NCBI GenBank assembly: GCA_030682795.1
Contig: JAUXNJ010000031.1
Coordinates: forward strand, 49,772 to 113,771
Reading direction: 5' to 3'
Length of the DNA: 64,000 nt
Source: Sphingobacteriaceae bacterium
Lineage (GTDB): Bacteria; Bacteroidota; Bacteroidia; UBA7662
Part shown: positions 28,723 through 38,246 of the stretch, in pieces
How positions within the stretch are numbered: position 1 is the stretch's first letter
Layout of the letters: each line of letters opens with the position of its first letter
Position numbers and translations under genes: made by a program
Notes under the pieces: generated by a model
Databases searched by the model: none
What the model saw: only the letters and a program-made list of their open reading frames with translations
Told to the model about the DNA's origin: nothing

Positions 28723-30252
28723 TTAAAAACGATCGATGGCCACTTTATAGGTGGGATCTTCCATTACATTCACTTCAATAATATCGCCGGCATTTTGGAG
28801 CAATAGGCGGCAATCGGGACTGAGGTGCTTGAGGTGCAAACGCTTGCCGGCCTTGTGGTAGCGCTCGGTGAGTTTGTTGAGCGCTTCAATGGCCGACATA
28901 TCCACTACCCTGCTGTCGGCAAAATCGATGATTACCTCATTCGGATCGTTGAGTACGTCAAACTTATCGTTGAAGGCCGATACTGAGCCAAAGAAAAGCG
29001 GGCCGTACATTTCATAATGCTTCACCCCATTATCGTCCACAAATTTGCGTGCCCGAATGCGCTTGGCATTGTCCCAGGCAAACACCAAAGCGGCAATAAT
29101 TACCCCAACCAGCACGGCCAAGGCCAAATTATGCAGGAAGATGGTAACCAAGGTAACGAGCACCATCACCAGCACGTCGGATTTGGGCATGCGCTTGAAG
29201 GTTTTGAGGCTGGCCCATTCAAAGGTACCGATGGCTACCATGATCATGAGGCCCGTAAGCGCTGCCATGGGCACTTTTTCGATCAAGCTCGAGCCAAACA
29301 TGATAAAAACGAGCAGCATCACCGCCGCAACAATGCCCGACAAACGGGCGCGGGCTCCAGCGCTGATGTTGATCAAACTTTGGCCGATCATGGCGCAGCC
29401 TCCCATGCCTGAGAACAATCCCGACAAAATATTCGCTGCCCCTTGTGCTACCGCTTCTTTGTTGCTGCGGCCGCGGGTTTCGGTAATTTCGTCGATGATG
29501 TTGAGGGTGAGCAGACTTTCGATGAGACCTACTCCTGCCACGATGGCGGCGTAGGGCAAAATGATTTGCAGGGTTTCCCAAGAAATAGGGACCACAGGCA
29601 GGTGAAAAGGTGGAAAACCACCGCTGATAGAGGCAATGTCGCCTACCGTTTTGGTGTCGATGTTGAGGAAAGTTACGAGTCCGAATACCACCAAAATAGC
29701 CGTCAACGACGCAGGAACGGCTTTGGTGAGCTTGGGCAAGCCCCATATGATGCCCATGGTTACAAATACCAGTGCCACCAAAATGTAGAGTGGATTGCCG
29801 GTTAACCAGGCGCCATCGATGTTTTTAAACTGATCGAGCTGGGAGAGGAAAATGATGATGGCCAAGCCATTTACGAAGCCAAAAATTACCGGATGGGGCA
29901 CCAGGCGCATCAATTTACCCAAACGCAAAAAGCCAGCTGCCATTTGAATGATGCCGGCCAAGATAACTGCGGCAAATACATATTCTACCCCATAATCTTT
30001 CGCCAAACTTACAATTACGACTGCAATGGCACCCGTGGCACCAGAAATCATGCCTGGTCTTCCCCCAAAAACCGAGGCCACCAAACCCATTACAAAGGCT
30101 GCATACAAGCCAGTTAAGGGCGATAATCCCGCGATCAAGGCAAATGCCACCGCCTCGGGCACCAAAGCCAAAGCCACTGTAAGGCCAGAAAGGATTTCGT
30201 TTTTATAATTAACCTTTTGACTCAGATCAAATAAGTTGAGGTATTTTTTCAT
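28723..30252 (-). CDS. SulP-family anion transporter with STAS domain
   Basis: GLTVALALVPEAVAF, GRPGMISGATGA, GMGGCAMIGQS, GPLFFGS. Confidence 0.95.
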   Translation of the reverse strand: MKKYLNLFDLSQKVNYKNEILSGLTVALALVPEAVAFALIAGLSPLTGLYAAFVMGLVASVFGGRPGMISGATGAIAVVIVSLAKDYGVEYVFAAVILAGIIQMAAGFLRLGKLMRLVPHPVIFGFVNGLAIIIFLSQLDQFKNIDGAWLTGNPLYILVALVFVTMGIIWGLPKLTKAVPASLTAILVVFGLVTFLNIDTKTVGDIASISGGFPPFHLPVVPISWETLQIILPYAAIVAGVGLIESLLTLNIIDEITETRGRSNKEAVAQGAANILSGLFSGMGGCAMIGQSLINISAGARARLSGIVAAVMLLVFIMFGSSLIEKVPMAALTGLMIMVAIGTFEWASLKTFKRMPKSDVLVMVLVTLVTIFLHNLALAVLVGVIIAALVFAWDNAKRIRARKFVDDNGVKHYEMYGPLFFGSVSAFNDKFDVLNDPNEVIIDFADSRVVDMSAIEALNKLTERYHKAGKRLHLKHLSPDCRLLLQNAGDIIEVNVMEDPTYKVAIDRF

Positions 30253-30617
30253 AATTAAATCGGAATTTCAGCCTGAGAGGCTGATTTTAAGAATTTACAA
30301 ACACAAGTCTTGCTAAAAACCTCACAAAAATACCAAAAATAAGCCGGTAAATAAAGCCTAACGCAGTTATGGTGACTAGCAGGCTCATCTGTCAAAGCGC
30401 GCCATGAGCATCGGAAAGAGTAGCAATTTTGCAAAAACACTCTAAAACTGCATACATATATTGCTAGACTGCCACCATAGCAATCAAATACAAACCCTGC
30501 AATTACATACCACTTCAGGCTCTAGTCTTTAGTAACACTTAACGTACGATTAATGTCTGGCGCTAGTTTACCCTCGGGTAGCCAATAGCATTAGCCTTGT
30601 AGTGGTTACTTAGGCTA

Positions 30618-30647
30618 TTTGAAGCCGCTGACTTTTTGGTATATTTG
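30618..30647 (+). promoter_or_regulatory. Bacteroidota sigma-A promoter for the riboswitch/CLC transcript
   Basis: TTTG (30618-21), 18-nt spacer, TATATTTG (30640-47), immediately before the aptamer. Confidence 0.75.
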
Positions 30648-30651
30648 CACC

Positions 30652-30737
30652 GGGCATGATGTCGCCCCGGAACCGCAAGCTTTCACGAGCAGGCTGATGA
30701 CGTCTACTTAGCTAATCGATAAGTTAGACCTCTATTT
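30652..30737 (+). ncRNA. Fluoride riboswitch (crcB motif) with a terminator-like expression platform
   Basis: GGGCATGATGTCGCCC...AACCGC...GCTGATGACGTCTAC fits the GGxGAUGxxGUyxCC...AACCGC...GCUGAUGACxxCUAC consensus; 3' GTCTACTTA can pair with TAAGTTAGAC; sits upstream of a CLC-F gene. Confidence 0.9.
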
Positions 30738-31976
30738 ATGCGCCTATTTTTGCTGCTTCGGCAGTTCAATACCATTTTCACAAATCACTCTTTCTGGCGT
30801 CAGCTGCTGCTTTGGCTACTATTTGTACTGCTCATTGGCTTATTAGCAGGAAGCGCTTCCGCCTTGTTTTTAAAAAGTTTGGAGGCGGCAACCTCGGCTC
30901 GAAACAACCACCGCTGGCTTATTTATTTATTGCCCCTTGGTGGATGGTTGATTGCTTGGTTCTATGGCCGATACGGCCGAAAAGTAGATCAAGGGAACGA
31001 TTTACTCATCCTTACCTACCAGCAACCTGCTCATAAAATCCCTTTCCGGATGGCCCCCATGGTGCTTTTAAGTACTTTACTAACCCATTTACTAGGTGGC
31101 TCGGCCGGTAGAGAAGGCACGGCTGTACAAATGGGCGGTGCCCTAGCCGATTCATTGCGACATTGGTTAAAAATGCCGCGCATTACCCAACGTGTAGTGC
31201 TGTTATGCGGCATTGCGGCTGGCTTTGCCTCGGTTTTTGGGACGCCTTGGGCGGGAGCTGTTTTTGCAGTGGAAGTGGTGCAACAACGAACCTGGCCACG
31301 CTGGGCCATATTACCCATTATTGCTTCGGCCTGGTTAGCGCACTTCATTTGTATGGCTTGGAATGTTGATCATGCACACTATGCTTTAGGCAGCCTACCC
31401 GCCTTTAATGCTGTTAACCTGGGTTGGCTGGCGTTGGCCAGTCTTGGCTTCGGTGCTGCTGCCTGGCTTTTTGTGCAGGGTGGCGAGTGGCAAAGCCGTC
31501 AATATACCAAGTGGGTGCCCAGCGATATCCTCAAGGCCACCTTAGGAGGTGCTGTATTAGCTGGATTTTACTTTTTTACGCAAAACGACCGGTACCTGGG
31601 ACTGGGTCTTCCCGTAATTCAGGAGGCCTTTACTGCCCAGATTTTGCCTTACGATTTCCCGCTTAAAATCGCATTTACCACCTTTACCCTGGCCGTGGGC
31701 TTCAAAGGAGGCGAGGTTACCCCTTTGTTTTTTATTGGAGCCACCTTAGGTGCAACCCTATCCAGCGTTCTGCCCTTACCTTCTTCTTTTTTGGCTGCCA
31801 TGGGCTTTGTGGCTGTGTTTGCAGGCGCTACCAAATGCCCCTGGACGTGTTTTTTTATGGGGATGGAGCTATTTGGTTGGACCGCCGCCCCATTTTTACT
31901 CTTCAGCTGTGGCATTGCAGCTTTGGTTTCTGGCAAAGCGGGCATTTACACAACCTTTACAGAGAAGGATGCTTAA
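30738..31976 (+). CDS. eriC: CLC-F (EriC-F) fluoride/H+ antiporter
   Basis: CLC-F signatures GNDLL (GNNLI-like), GREGT, GEVTP. Confidence 0.9.
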   Translation: MRLFLLLRQFNTIFTNHSFWRQLLLWLLFVLLIGLLAGSASALFLKSLEAATSARNNHRWLIYLLPLGGWLIAWFYGRYGRKVDQGNDLLILTYQQPAHKIPFRMAPMVLLSTLLTHLLGGSAGREGTAVQMGGALADSLRHWLKMPRITQRVVLLCGIAAGFASVFGTPWAGAVFAVEVVQQRTWPRWAILPIIASAWLAHFICMAWNVDHAHYALGSLPAFNAVNLGWLALASLGFGAAAWLFVQGGEWQSRQYTKWVPSDILKATLGGAVLAGFYFFTQNDRYLGLGLPVIQEAFTAQILPYDFPLKIAFTTFTLAVGFKGGEVTPLFFIGATLGATLSSVLPLPSSFLAAMGFVAVFAGATKCPWTCFFMGMELFGWTAAPFLLFSCGIAALVSGKAGIYTTFTEKDA

Positions 31977-32171
31977 GCTGAACAGGATCGATATGCATCT
32001 GAATGCCTACCAAACAAAATACAACCCATTTTAGCATTGAGGTCAATTTCTGCTTCACATTTTGAAAAAGACAGATCCATATTTAGCAAAAAATTCAGCG
32101 GTATCTTTGCTAGGCGCCTCATTTTTAAACCAGAAAGTTCAACTTGCATATATTTCGATCAATCATACTCC

Positions 32172-32570
32172 ATGAAACCACTACTACTTTTTATTGGCCT
32201 GTTATTTTGGACAAGCTTGTCATTAGCACAAGACAGTCCTGAGCAACTCGCCCAAGCCCAGCTTGATGCCTACAATGCTCGCAACATTGAAGCGTTTTTA
32301 GCGCCTTATGCCGAGGACGTGGCAGTATATACCTTCCCGCAAACCTTGCAGTACCGCGGTAAAATAACCATGCGATCAACTTACACGCGAAGATTCAACG
32401 AATCACCTGATTTACATTGCACACTCGTCAGTCGTATGGTTCAGGGAGATATTGTAATTGATCAGGAATCAGTTATTTTCAGAACAGCTGAACCACCTTC
32501 AAAAGCCATTGCCATATATAAAATAAAGGATGGCAAGATAGCGGAGGTATATTTTATCAGCGGAAAATAA
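32172..32570 (+). CDS. Secreted NTF2/SnoaL-like protein
   Basis: Signal peptide; QLDAYNARNIEAFLAPY, VIDQE, IAIYKIKDGKI. Confidence 0.85.
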   Translation: MKPLLLFIGLLFWTSLSLAQDSPEQLAQAQLDAYNARNIEAFLAPYAEDVAVYTFPQTLQYRGKITMRSTYTRRFNESPDLHCTLVSRMVQGDIVIDQESVIFRTAEPPSKAIAIYKIKDGKIAEVYFISGK

Positions 32571-32642
32571 ATGTAGGTTCTGTTCTAGAATTTTTCAGTT
32601 TACTTCAAAAATTGTTATTTTGTACCCTCAAAACCATTCGAG

Positions 32643-34073
32643 ATGTACAAAATAGCCTCTTTGCTTTGTTGCTTGGCGAGCCTTACACAGGCACAAACAG
32701 CCACCTTTACAGGTCAAATTAAAAATGCAGCGGCCGACTCCATCTTTTTGAGTCACTACGACATGCTGCTAAATGAAGAAATATTTGAAGGAGCCCCGGT
32801 GGACCCATCCGGCAAGTTTAAGCTCATTTTTTCTCCAAAAGCAAATACCAGATATCAATTTGAGCATGGAGGCGAAGTTACAGATGTGTGGATTGAAGCA
32901 GGCGACAGCTTGCACCTTATGCTTGACTTTAAACAGTTTGACGAGAGTTTAACCTACTCAGGCACATCGGCGCCTTTTAACAACTATTTGGCCGCCTATT
33001 ATCTCAAGTTCCTAGATCACGAAGACACGGAGTTGAATCTGCGAATGGCCTTCCAATTCAAAATTCAAAAACTCGATCCCTGGCCGTTCATGGCTTGGGT
33101 GGATAGTGTTACACAAGCACAACTCACTTTTTTGGCGAGTTGGCAAGAAAGCTTACCCGCCCGTTTATATACGCTCGAAAGCGGAAAAATAACCTTTAAT
33201 GCTTATTACCAGAAAATAATGTACAAGCCCCTTAGAGGCTTTTTTGCCCAACAGTCCAAAAAAAATAAAGAACCTAATTACCCAGTGAACCTGGAAGATT
33301 TTCTATTGGAGGCACCCTTAAATCGAGATGAATTGGTATCAATCGATAATTATTTGATGACCTGTCATTGGAAAATCCTAAGAATTGTGTCAGATGTTTA
33401 TCCCGCTGAAGCAGCTAAACCCTCAAGGGATTTTGGTCTCAAATATTTGCAGGTGGTTGATAGCTTGAGTTCTCGTACCGTGGCGCATCATCTTGGGAAG
33501 TATTGGTTAACTACAGGATTGGAGCGTTCGGGGGTTGAAGACTACGAAGCAGCGCTTCAAAAATACCTGAACTCTGACGCTCCGGAGTCCTTGAAAAACG
33601 AACTCAACCAAACATATTCGAAAGCCTTGAGCTTTAAAGTAGGGGCACCGGCGTTCGACTTTGAATTGGTTGATTTGAATGGGAAAAAGGTACGTCTCTC
33701 TTCCTTAAAAGGCAAATATGTGTACCTTGATTTTTGGGCTTCTTGGTGCGGCCCTTGTTTAGCTGAATTGCAATATATGCGTAAAAACAACTTAAAAGCA
33801 CCAGATAGCAACTTTGTTTTTGTTTACATTTCCCTGGATGAGGCGGAGGAAACCTGGCGTAAATCAGCTGCCAAACATCTACCAACAGCCACTCATTTGT
33901 GGGGAAAAGGCATGAATACAGAAGTGGCTAAGGCCTATGGCATTAATGGCTTACCGAGCTACTTTTTGATTGCTCCGGATGGCGGTTTTATCAGCAGCGA
34001 TCCCCCCCGCCCTAGCAGTGGCAAGCTTAACCACTATTTGCTTGGTGAGAAAAGAAAGTTTGAATCGAAATAA
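32643..34073 (+). CDS. TlpA/ResA-family thioredoxin-like disulfide oxidoreductase
   Basis: APAFDFEL, LDFWASWCGPC, ISLDE, GLPSYFLI; signal peptide. Confidence 0.9.
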   Translation: MYKIASLLCCLASLTQAQTATFTGQIKNAAADSIFLSHYDMLLNEEIFEGAPVDPSGKFKLIFSPKANTRYQFEHGGEVTDVWIEAGDSLHLMLDFKQFDESLTYSGTSAPFNNYLAAYYLKFLDHEDTELNLRMAFQFKIQKLDPWPFMAWVDSVTQAQLTFLASWQESLPARLYTLESGKITFNAYYQKIMYKPLRGFFAQQSKKNKEPNYPVNLEDFLLEAPLNRDELVSIDNYLMTCHWKILRIVSDVYPAEAAKPSRDFGLKYLQVVDSLSSRTVAHHLGKYWLTTGLERSGVEDYEAALQKYLNSDAPESLKNELNQTYSKALSFKVGAPAFDFELVDLNGKKVRLSSLKGKYVYLDFWASWCGPCLAELQYMRKNNLKAPDSNFVFVYISLDEAEETWRKSAAKHLPTATHLWGKGMNTEVAKAYGINGLPSYFLIAPDGGFISSDPPRPSSGKLNHYLLGEKRKFESK

Positions 34074-34137
34074 GACCTGAATGAGCTCACTCCAGCTTGA
34101 GGCTACACTAACCAAAGCTAAGTATTCCATTCCAAAA

Positions 34138-34177
34138 TAAAAATCCCCGCAGCTCGAAAACTGCGGGGATTTTTTTA
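34138..34177. terminator. Bidirectional intrinsic terminator
   Basis: AAAATCCCCGCAG-CTCGAAAA-CTGCGGGGATTTTTTT between convergent genes. Confidence 0.88.
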
Positions 34178-34190
34178 TGCCTTGTGAAAC

Positions 34191-37100
34191 TTAGTGCTTC
34201 ACTACCAAGCGGCGCACTGCGCTAAACTCGGTATTGCTGAGGCGTATAAAATATACTCCTTCAGGTAATTTAGCCAATTCAATTTCAGCAATTCCCTCAC
34301 TTGTCATTGGCAAAGTTTCAATTGAAACCCGCTTACCAATCATATTCACTACCTCCAGCTGAAGTGTACTTGCGCTTGGCAAAGTATAGCTCAGGTAGGC
34401 GCGACTATTGGCTGGATTTGGATACAATTTCATTGCCTCCAGCGGATTTGAATTCTCAACCGAAGAAATAATGCCTCGCGTGAGCGTTAAGTTGAAAGGT
34501 GATGCCAATCTAGTATTTGTACTTCCCGTACGACTCGCCCGAACAGTCCATTTGATAGATGCTGGAACTCCTTGAGGAATGCCATTGGCATCAAGAAGTG
34601 CGGCAATGGCCGTGAAGTTCAACGTAAGGGTAGTATCGGCACCTGCATTATTAGAAGGAATGGTGGCCAAAGGGTTCGAAAAATCACCTGTTGGCAAATC
34701 TACCAACCACTGGTAGGTGAAATTGGCTGCACCACCCGACCATCTGGCCGCATTCCAACGAATATCGATGCTCGTTGTACCAGGTCCTTCGACAGTTAAA
34801 GCAGCATTATTTGCAGGGAAAAGCAAGGCGAAACTGCGAATGCTATCACCACCTGCTGCCCCAGTCACAATATCGGCGATGTAACGCGGAATCAATTGAT
34901 AGCCCGTTGTATGGGGCGCAGAGTTATCAAACTGACTGCCTAAACCCACCATATCAAAGCTTCCAACTGGCACAGGGGTACCAAAAACATCAACACCTGA
35001 AGGAATACGCAAATCAAAGCTATCAACACCATTGGTTACACGAACGGTACGACCAGTACCGGTGGTTCCAGCAATAGGCCATTGAGCTGGGTCAATAACG
35101 GTAACATTATTAATACGAATCAAACGCGATTCAGTATTTTCTCCCATGGCCGTTACTACCAAAGCCGGCGGCAATGCATTGCCTGAATTGATTACGAATA
35201 CCGAATCAACATTAATTTGAGCCAAACCATTAAAATGCCCAACCGTACCTACCACGCGAATTGAATCGCCTTCGGTTACATTGTAACCCAAATTACCAGA
35301 AGCGCGGAAAATGCCGATTCCTGTATTTGAAGACCGATCGTAAATAGTAAATTCTAAACCAGCGGTACGTTTGTTAAATCCTAATACCAAACCAGTGGTA
35401 CGAACGCGCACCCCATTCGAATCGGCGATGCCATTCGTATTATTACCACGAATTTGCGCAATGGTTGCATTCACAAATGAAGGTGGAACTGGATTTTGAA
35501 TTCTAACCCTTGAGCTATTTAAGGCCCCTATTTGGATACCAGCTGTTGCTGATATGATGGTAAAGGTTAAAGTATCAGTACGGCCTACTGGTATATTCGG
35601 GAAAAGCAAAAGGGCATAACCTGTGAGTGCACCATTGGCTGGTACATTCAACGTAATGGTGTCGTTTACAGCAGCTGGATTGGTTTGATAAGTACCTCCA
35701 TAAGATGCGCCAGGACTTGATGTTATGCGCACTCTCACCTGAGCTGCTGTTGCCACTGGGTTCAAAATATTCATGGTCATGGCAAATGAACCCGTTTGGT
35801 TATTTACCAATGTGTCTGTCCTTCCAAAATTAATGGTTGGGGTGGTAATGGTCACTGGTATGATATCGGCAGTCCGACGTGGGAACAGCTGGTAACCTGA
35901 GGTAAACGGACTGGAATTATCGAATTGTCCACCTAAACCTATGGCATCAAACGGACCAGTTGGTGCGGTTGTACCAGGAATATTGGTTTGTGCGATGATT
36001 CGCATGGTGAAAGTCGATGTTCCGTTACTTACGGTAATATTGCTCGACTGTCCGGCCGCTGGCCAAGTTCCACCCGTAATGTTCAAGTTATTAATACGGA
36101 TGAGTTGGCTTTCGGTTGCCTCCGTTACATTCGTAACCACAATAGGTTGGCGTAAGGTACGGTTGGTTGCCACACGCTCAATGGTATCGGGATTGATTTG
36201 TGCCAGACCGTTAAACTGCTCTAAAACGCCCGTGATAATTACAGAATCTCCTTCCGCCAAATTGGCTAAACCAAAGTTAGTACCTGCCTTGCGAAAGGCC
36301 AATCCACCCGTACTATCGATTACAACAAATTGAACACCAATGGGGGTAGTAGAACTGCTGTATTGGTTTACACCATAAACAACACCTGTTACCTTAATGA
36401 GTTGGTTCAAAGAGTCGAGCACTCCCAATGAGTCAACGCCTTTATAATTTGAAATGGGGCGGATACTCAAGATAGGTTGTGCAGCGGCGCAAGTGCCAAA
36501 AATTACTGCAGGTAAAATGGCATTTCCGCCAGGTACTACATATTGACGATTGAAGCCACCAAAGCCATTTGGCACACCACATGCTGCTGGAACCGTTTCT
36601 TCATTGGCAAAAGAAGGACCGTTCAAGAATTTATAGGTAACCGTAGTGCCTTCTTGAATTTGATAAGACCTGGCATAAATGTTATTGCCCTGTGGCACCA
36701 TGGAGTCGGCTGTAGCACTAAATCCATTAAAGCTCCCTGCAATGTGCACCCGTCCGGTTACGGTTTGTCCGGTCATGTCTACTCTAAAAGTAACGGTTCT
36801 CATTGGCATACAATTGGTGCAAGCCCCAAAGCATACCAATGGCAAAGCGGGATTACCACCTGCTACAACATAAAAGCGATCGCCACCTACTGCGCAAGCA
36901 GCAGGTACGCTTTCATCCTGACCCCAAGCATTTCCATTGATGAACTTATAACGTAGCGTATCACCAATATTAAAAGTGTCCGAATAGGTCCATACATTGG
37001 TATCGGCTAAACTTCGAACCATGGGAGTAGCACTCGGGCTCCAACCTTGGAAATTACCAGCAATACGCACACCATTGGCACCAACGGTTTGGTACTGCAT

Positions 37101-37847
37101 ATTAACCCGGAAGGTAACGATGCTGGTGGTTTGTGTAGCGCCGGTGGTTACCGCCATGCTAAAATCATCTACAGCATATAACCCGTCGCTTCCAGCGTCG
37201 TCGGTATCTCTCCAACGAATCCAAAGAGTTGCTCCAGTAGCCCAACTCAAACCCGTGGCAGCACCACTAATGGCTTGACGATTAGCCGGTAGATTACCGT
37301 CTACAGCTGCTGCCGCTGTAGTTGTGGTTAAAATCTCATTTAGATTTAAGGAAACAACTGAATCCCAAGTAGCATTAGCGTCATTTAAACTGGTAGCATT
37401 GAAACTGTATTGAAAACGTACCACTTCATTTACCGTTGCACTGCTACCCGAACGCCACTGCTCCATAAAAGCATTGATATTGAAACCAGTAATTACGCCA
37501 CCTGTATTATTAACAAAAGAAGCGCCTATTGCTGGAATGGTTGAGGCAGAAGCCAGGGTGCCTAAAGCGCGCTCAGCACTAGCAACCGTTCCTACATTGT
37601 AAGGAGCACCGCTGTTCGCACCTCCATCGGTAACCACCAAAACAACCGCTGTTGTTCCTGTGCCGGCAACCCGTGCCCCCTCCCAGCCGGTGGGATAGGT
37701 GGTGCCCGTAGCTCCCATTACATCAAAATTTTGGCTGTAAGTGAGGCCTGTAGCTGTAAAGCTGTGAGCTTGGCCATTCACCATGCCCATACTACCAATG
37801 AGCATTACTGCCGTAAGCATCATGAATTGCGTAAATCTTTGTCGCAT
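34191..37847 (-). CDS. Multi-modular T9SS cargo protein (2x CBM-like, 2x OB-fold/DUF5689-like, SusE-like, type A CTD)
   Basis: Signal peptide; repeats VTFRV(N/D)M..IAG(N/S)F(Q/N)G..YKF(I/L)NG..VPAAC and EGDS..FNGLAQIN..GQFDNS..GYQL.PR; CTD LYPNPA...LPEGVYFIRL...RLVVKH. Confidence 0.85.
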   Translation of the reverse strand: MRQRFTQFMMLTAVMLIGSMGMVNGQAHSFTATGLTYSQNFDVMGATGTTYPTGWEGARVAGTGTTAVVLVVTDGGANSGAPYNVGTVASAERALGTLASASTIPAIGASFVNNTGGVITGFNINAFMEQWRSGSSATVNEVVRFQYSFNATSLNDANATWDSVVSLNLNEILTTTTAAAAVDGNLPANRQAISGAATGLSWATGATLWIRWRDTDDAGSDGLYAVDDFSMAVTTGATQTTSIVTFRVNMQYQTVGANGVRIAGNFQGWSPSATPMVRSLADTNVWTYSDTFNIGDTLRYKFINGNAWGQDESVPAACAVGGDRFYVVAGGNPALPLVCFGACTNCMPMRTVTFRVDMTGQTVTGRVHIAGSFNGFSATADSMVPQGNNIYARSYQIQEGTTVTYKFLNGPSFANEETVPAACGVPNGFGGFNRQYVVPGGNAILPAVIFGTCAAAQPILSIRPISNYKGVDSLGVLDSLNQLIKVTGVVYGVNQYSSSTTPIGVQFVVIDSTGGLAFRKAGTNFGLANLAEGDSVIITGVLEQFNGLAQINPDTIERVATNRTLRQPIVVTNVTEATESQLIRINNLNITGGTWPAAGQSSNITVSNGTSTFTMRIIAQTNIPGTTAPTGPFDAIGLGGQFDNSSPFTSGYQLFPRRTADIIPVTITTPTINFGRTDTLVNNQTGSFAMTMNILNPVATAAQVRVRITSSPGASYGGTYQTNPAAVNDTITLNVPANGALTGYALLLFPNIPVGRTDTLTFTIISATAGIQIGALNSSRVRIQNPVPPSFVNATIAQIRGNNTNGIADSNGVRVRTTGLVLGFNKRTAGLEFTIYDRSSNTGIGIFRASGNLGYNVTEGDSIRVVGTVGHFNGLAQINVDSVFVINSGNALPPALVVTAMGENTESRLIRINNVTVIDPAQWPIAGTTGTGRTVRVTNGVDSFDLRIPSGVDVFGTPVPVGSFDMVGLGSQFDNSAPHTTGYQLIPRYIADIVTGAAGGDSIRSFALLFPANNAALTVEGPGTTSIDIRWNAARWSGGAANFTYQWLVDLPTGDFSNPLATIPSNNAGADTTLTLNFTAIAALLDANGIPQGVPASIKWTVRASRTGSTNTRLASPFNLTLTRGIISSVENSNPLEAMKLYPNPANSRAYLSYTLPSASTLQLEVVNMIGKRVSIETLPMTSEGIAEIELAKLPEGVYFIRLSNTEFSAVRRLVVKH

Positions 37848-38246
37848 AATATTTTAATAAATTGATTTGATTGCAAATTTAGGCGTTTAAAACGCTTTGC
37901 AAGTTACGGCAATATTAAGACACAAACAAATCAACAAGCTGCCAGAGAGCGGACGAAGCCCAGTAGACCATAAGCCGCTTTTCGCTTTAGAAATGTGCTC
38001 CATACAACCTGTAAAAGCAAATTAGCACAAGCAATTGCGGCCTCGGTCTAAAAAACCAAGACGAACTTTTGTTGTACCAAGCGCAAAGTGCAAGTATGAA
38101 TTGGCTGTTTTTGAAGCTGCCAGCCATGGGTTTTTTATCCACATTTTTTACAAGCGCAGGGCACAAGCTCTTTGAAATGTAAAGTCCTTGTTAAGCCACA
38201 CCCAAAACGCTCAAAATTCCACAGCTTTGCTTAGTTTTGTTGCCAT

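Noticed and set aside
27754-32570. Two NTF2/SnoaL genes flanking the SulP-CLC module as a duplication or insertion boundary
   Set aside because: The proteins are dissimilar subfamilies (one has a signal peptide) and I saw no DNA-level repeat.
38135-38143. Perfect DnaA box TTATCCACA in the 400-bp intergenic region (possible oriC)
   Set aside because: Only one perfect box plus a weak AATTCCACA; no box cluster, no clear DUE and no origin-associated genes nearby. One 9-mer in 64 kb is plausible by chance.
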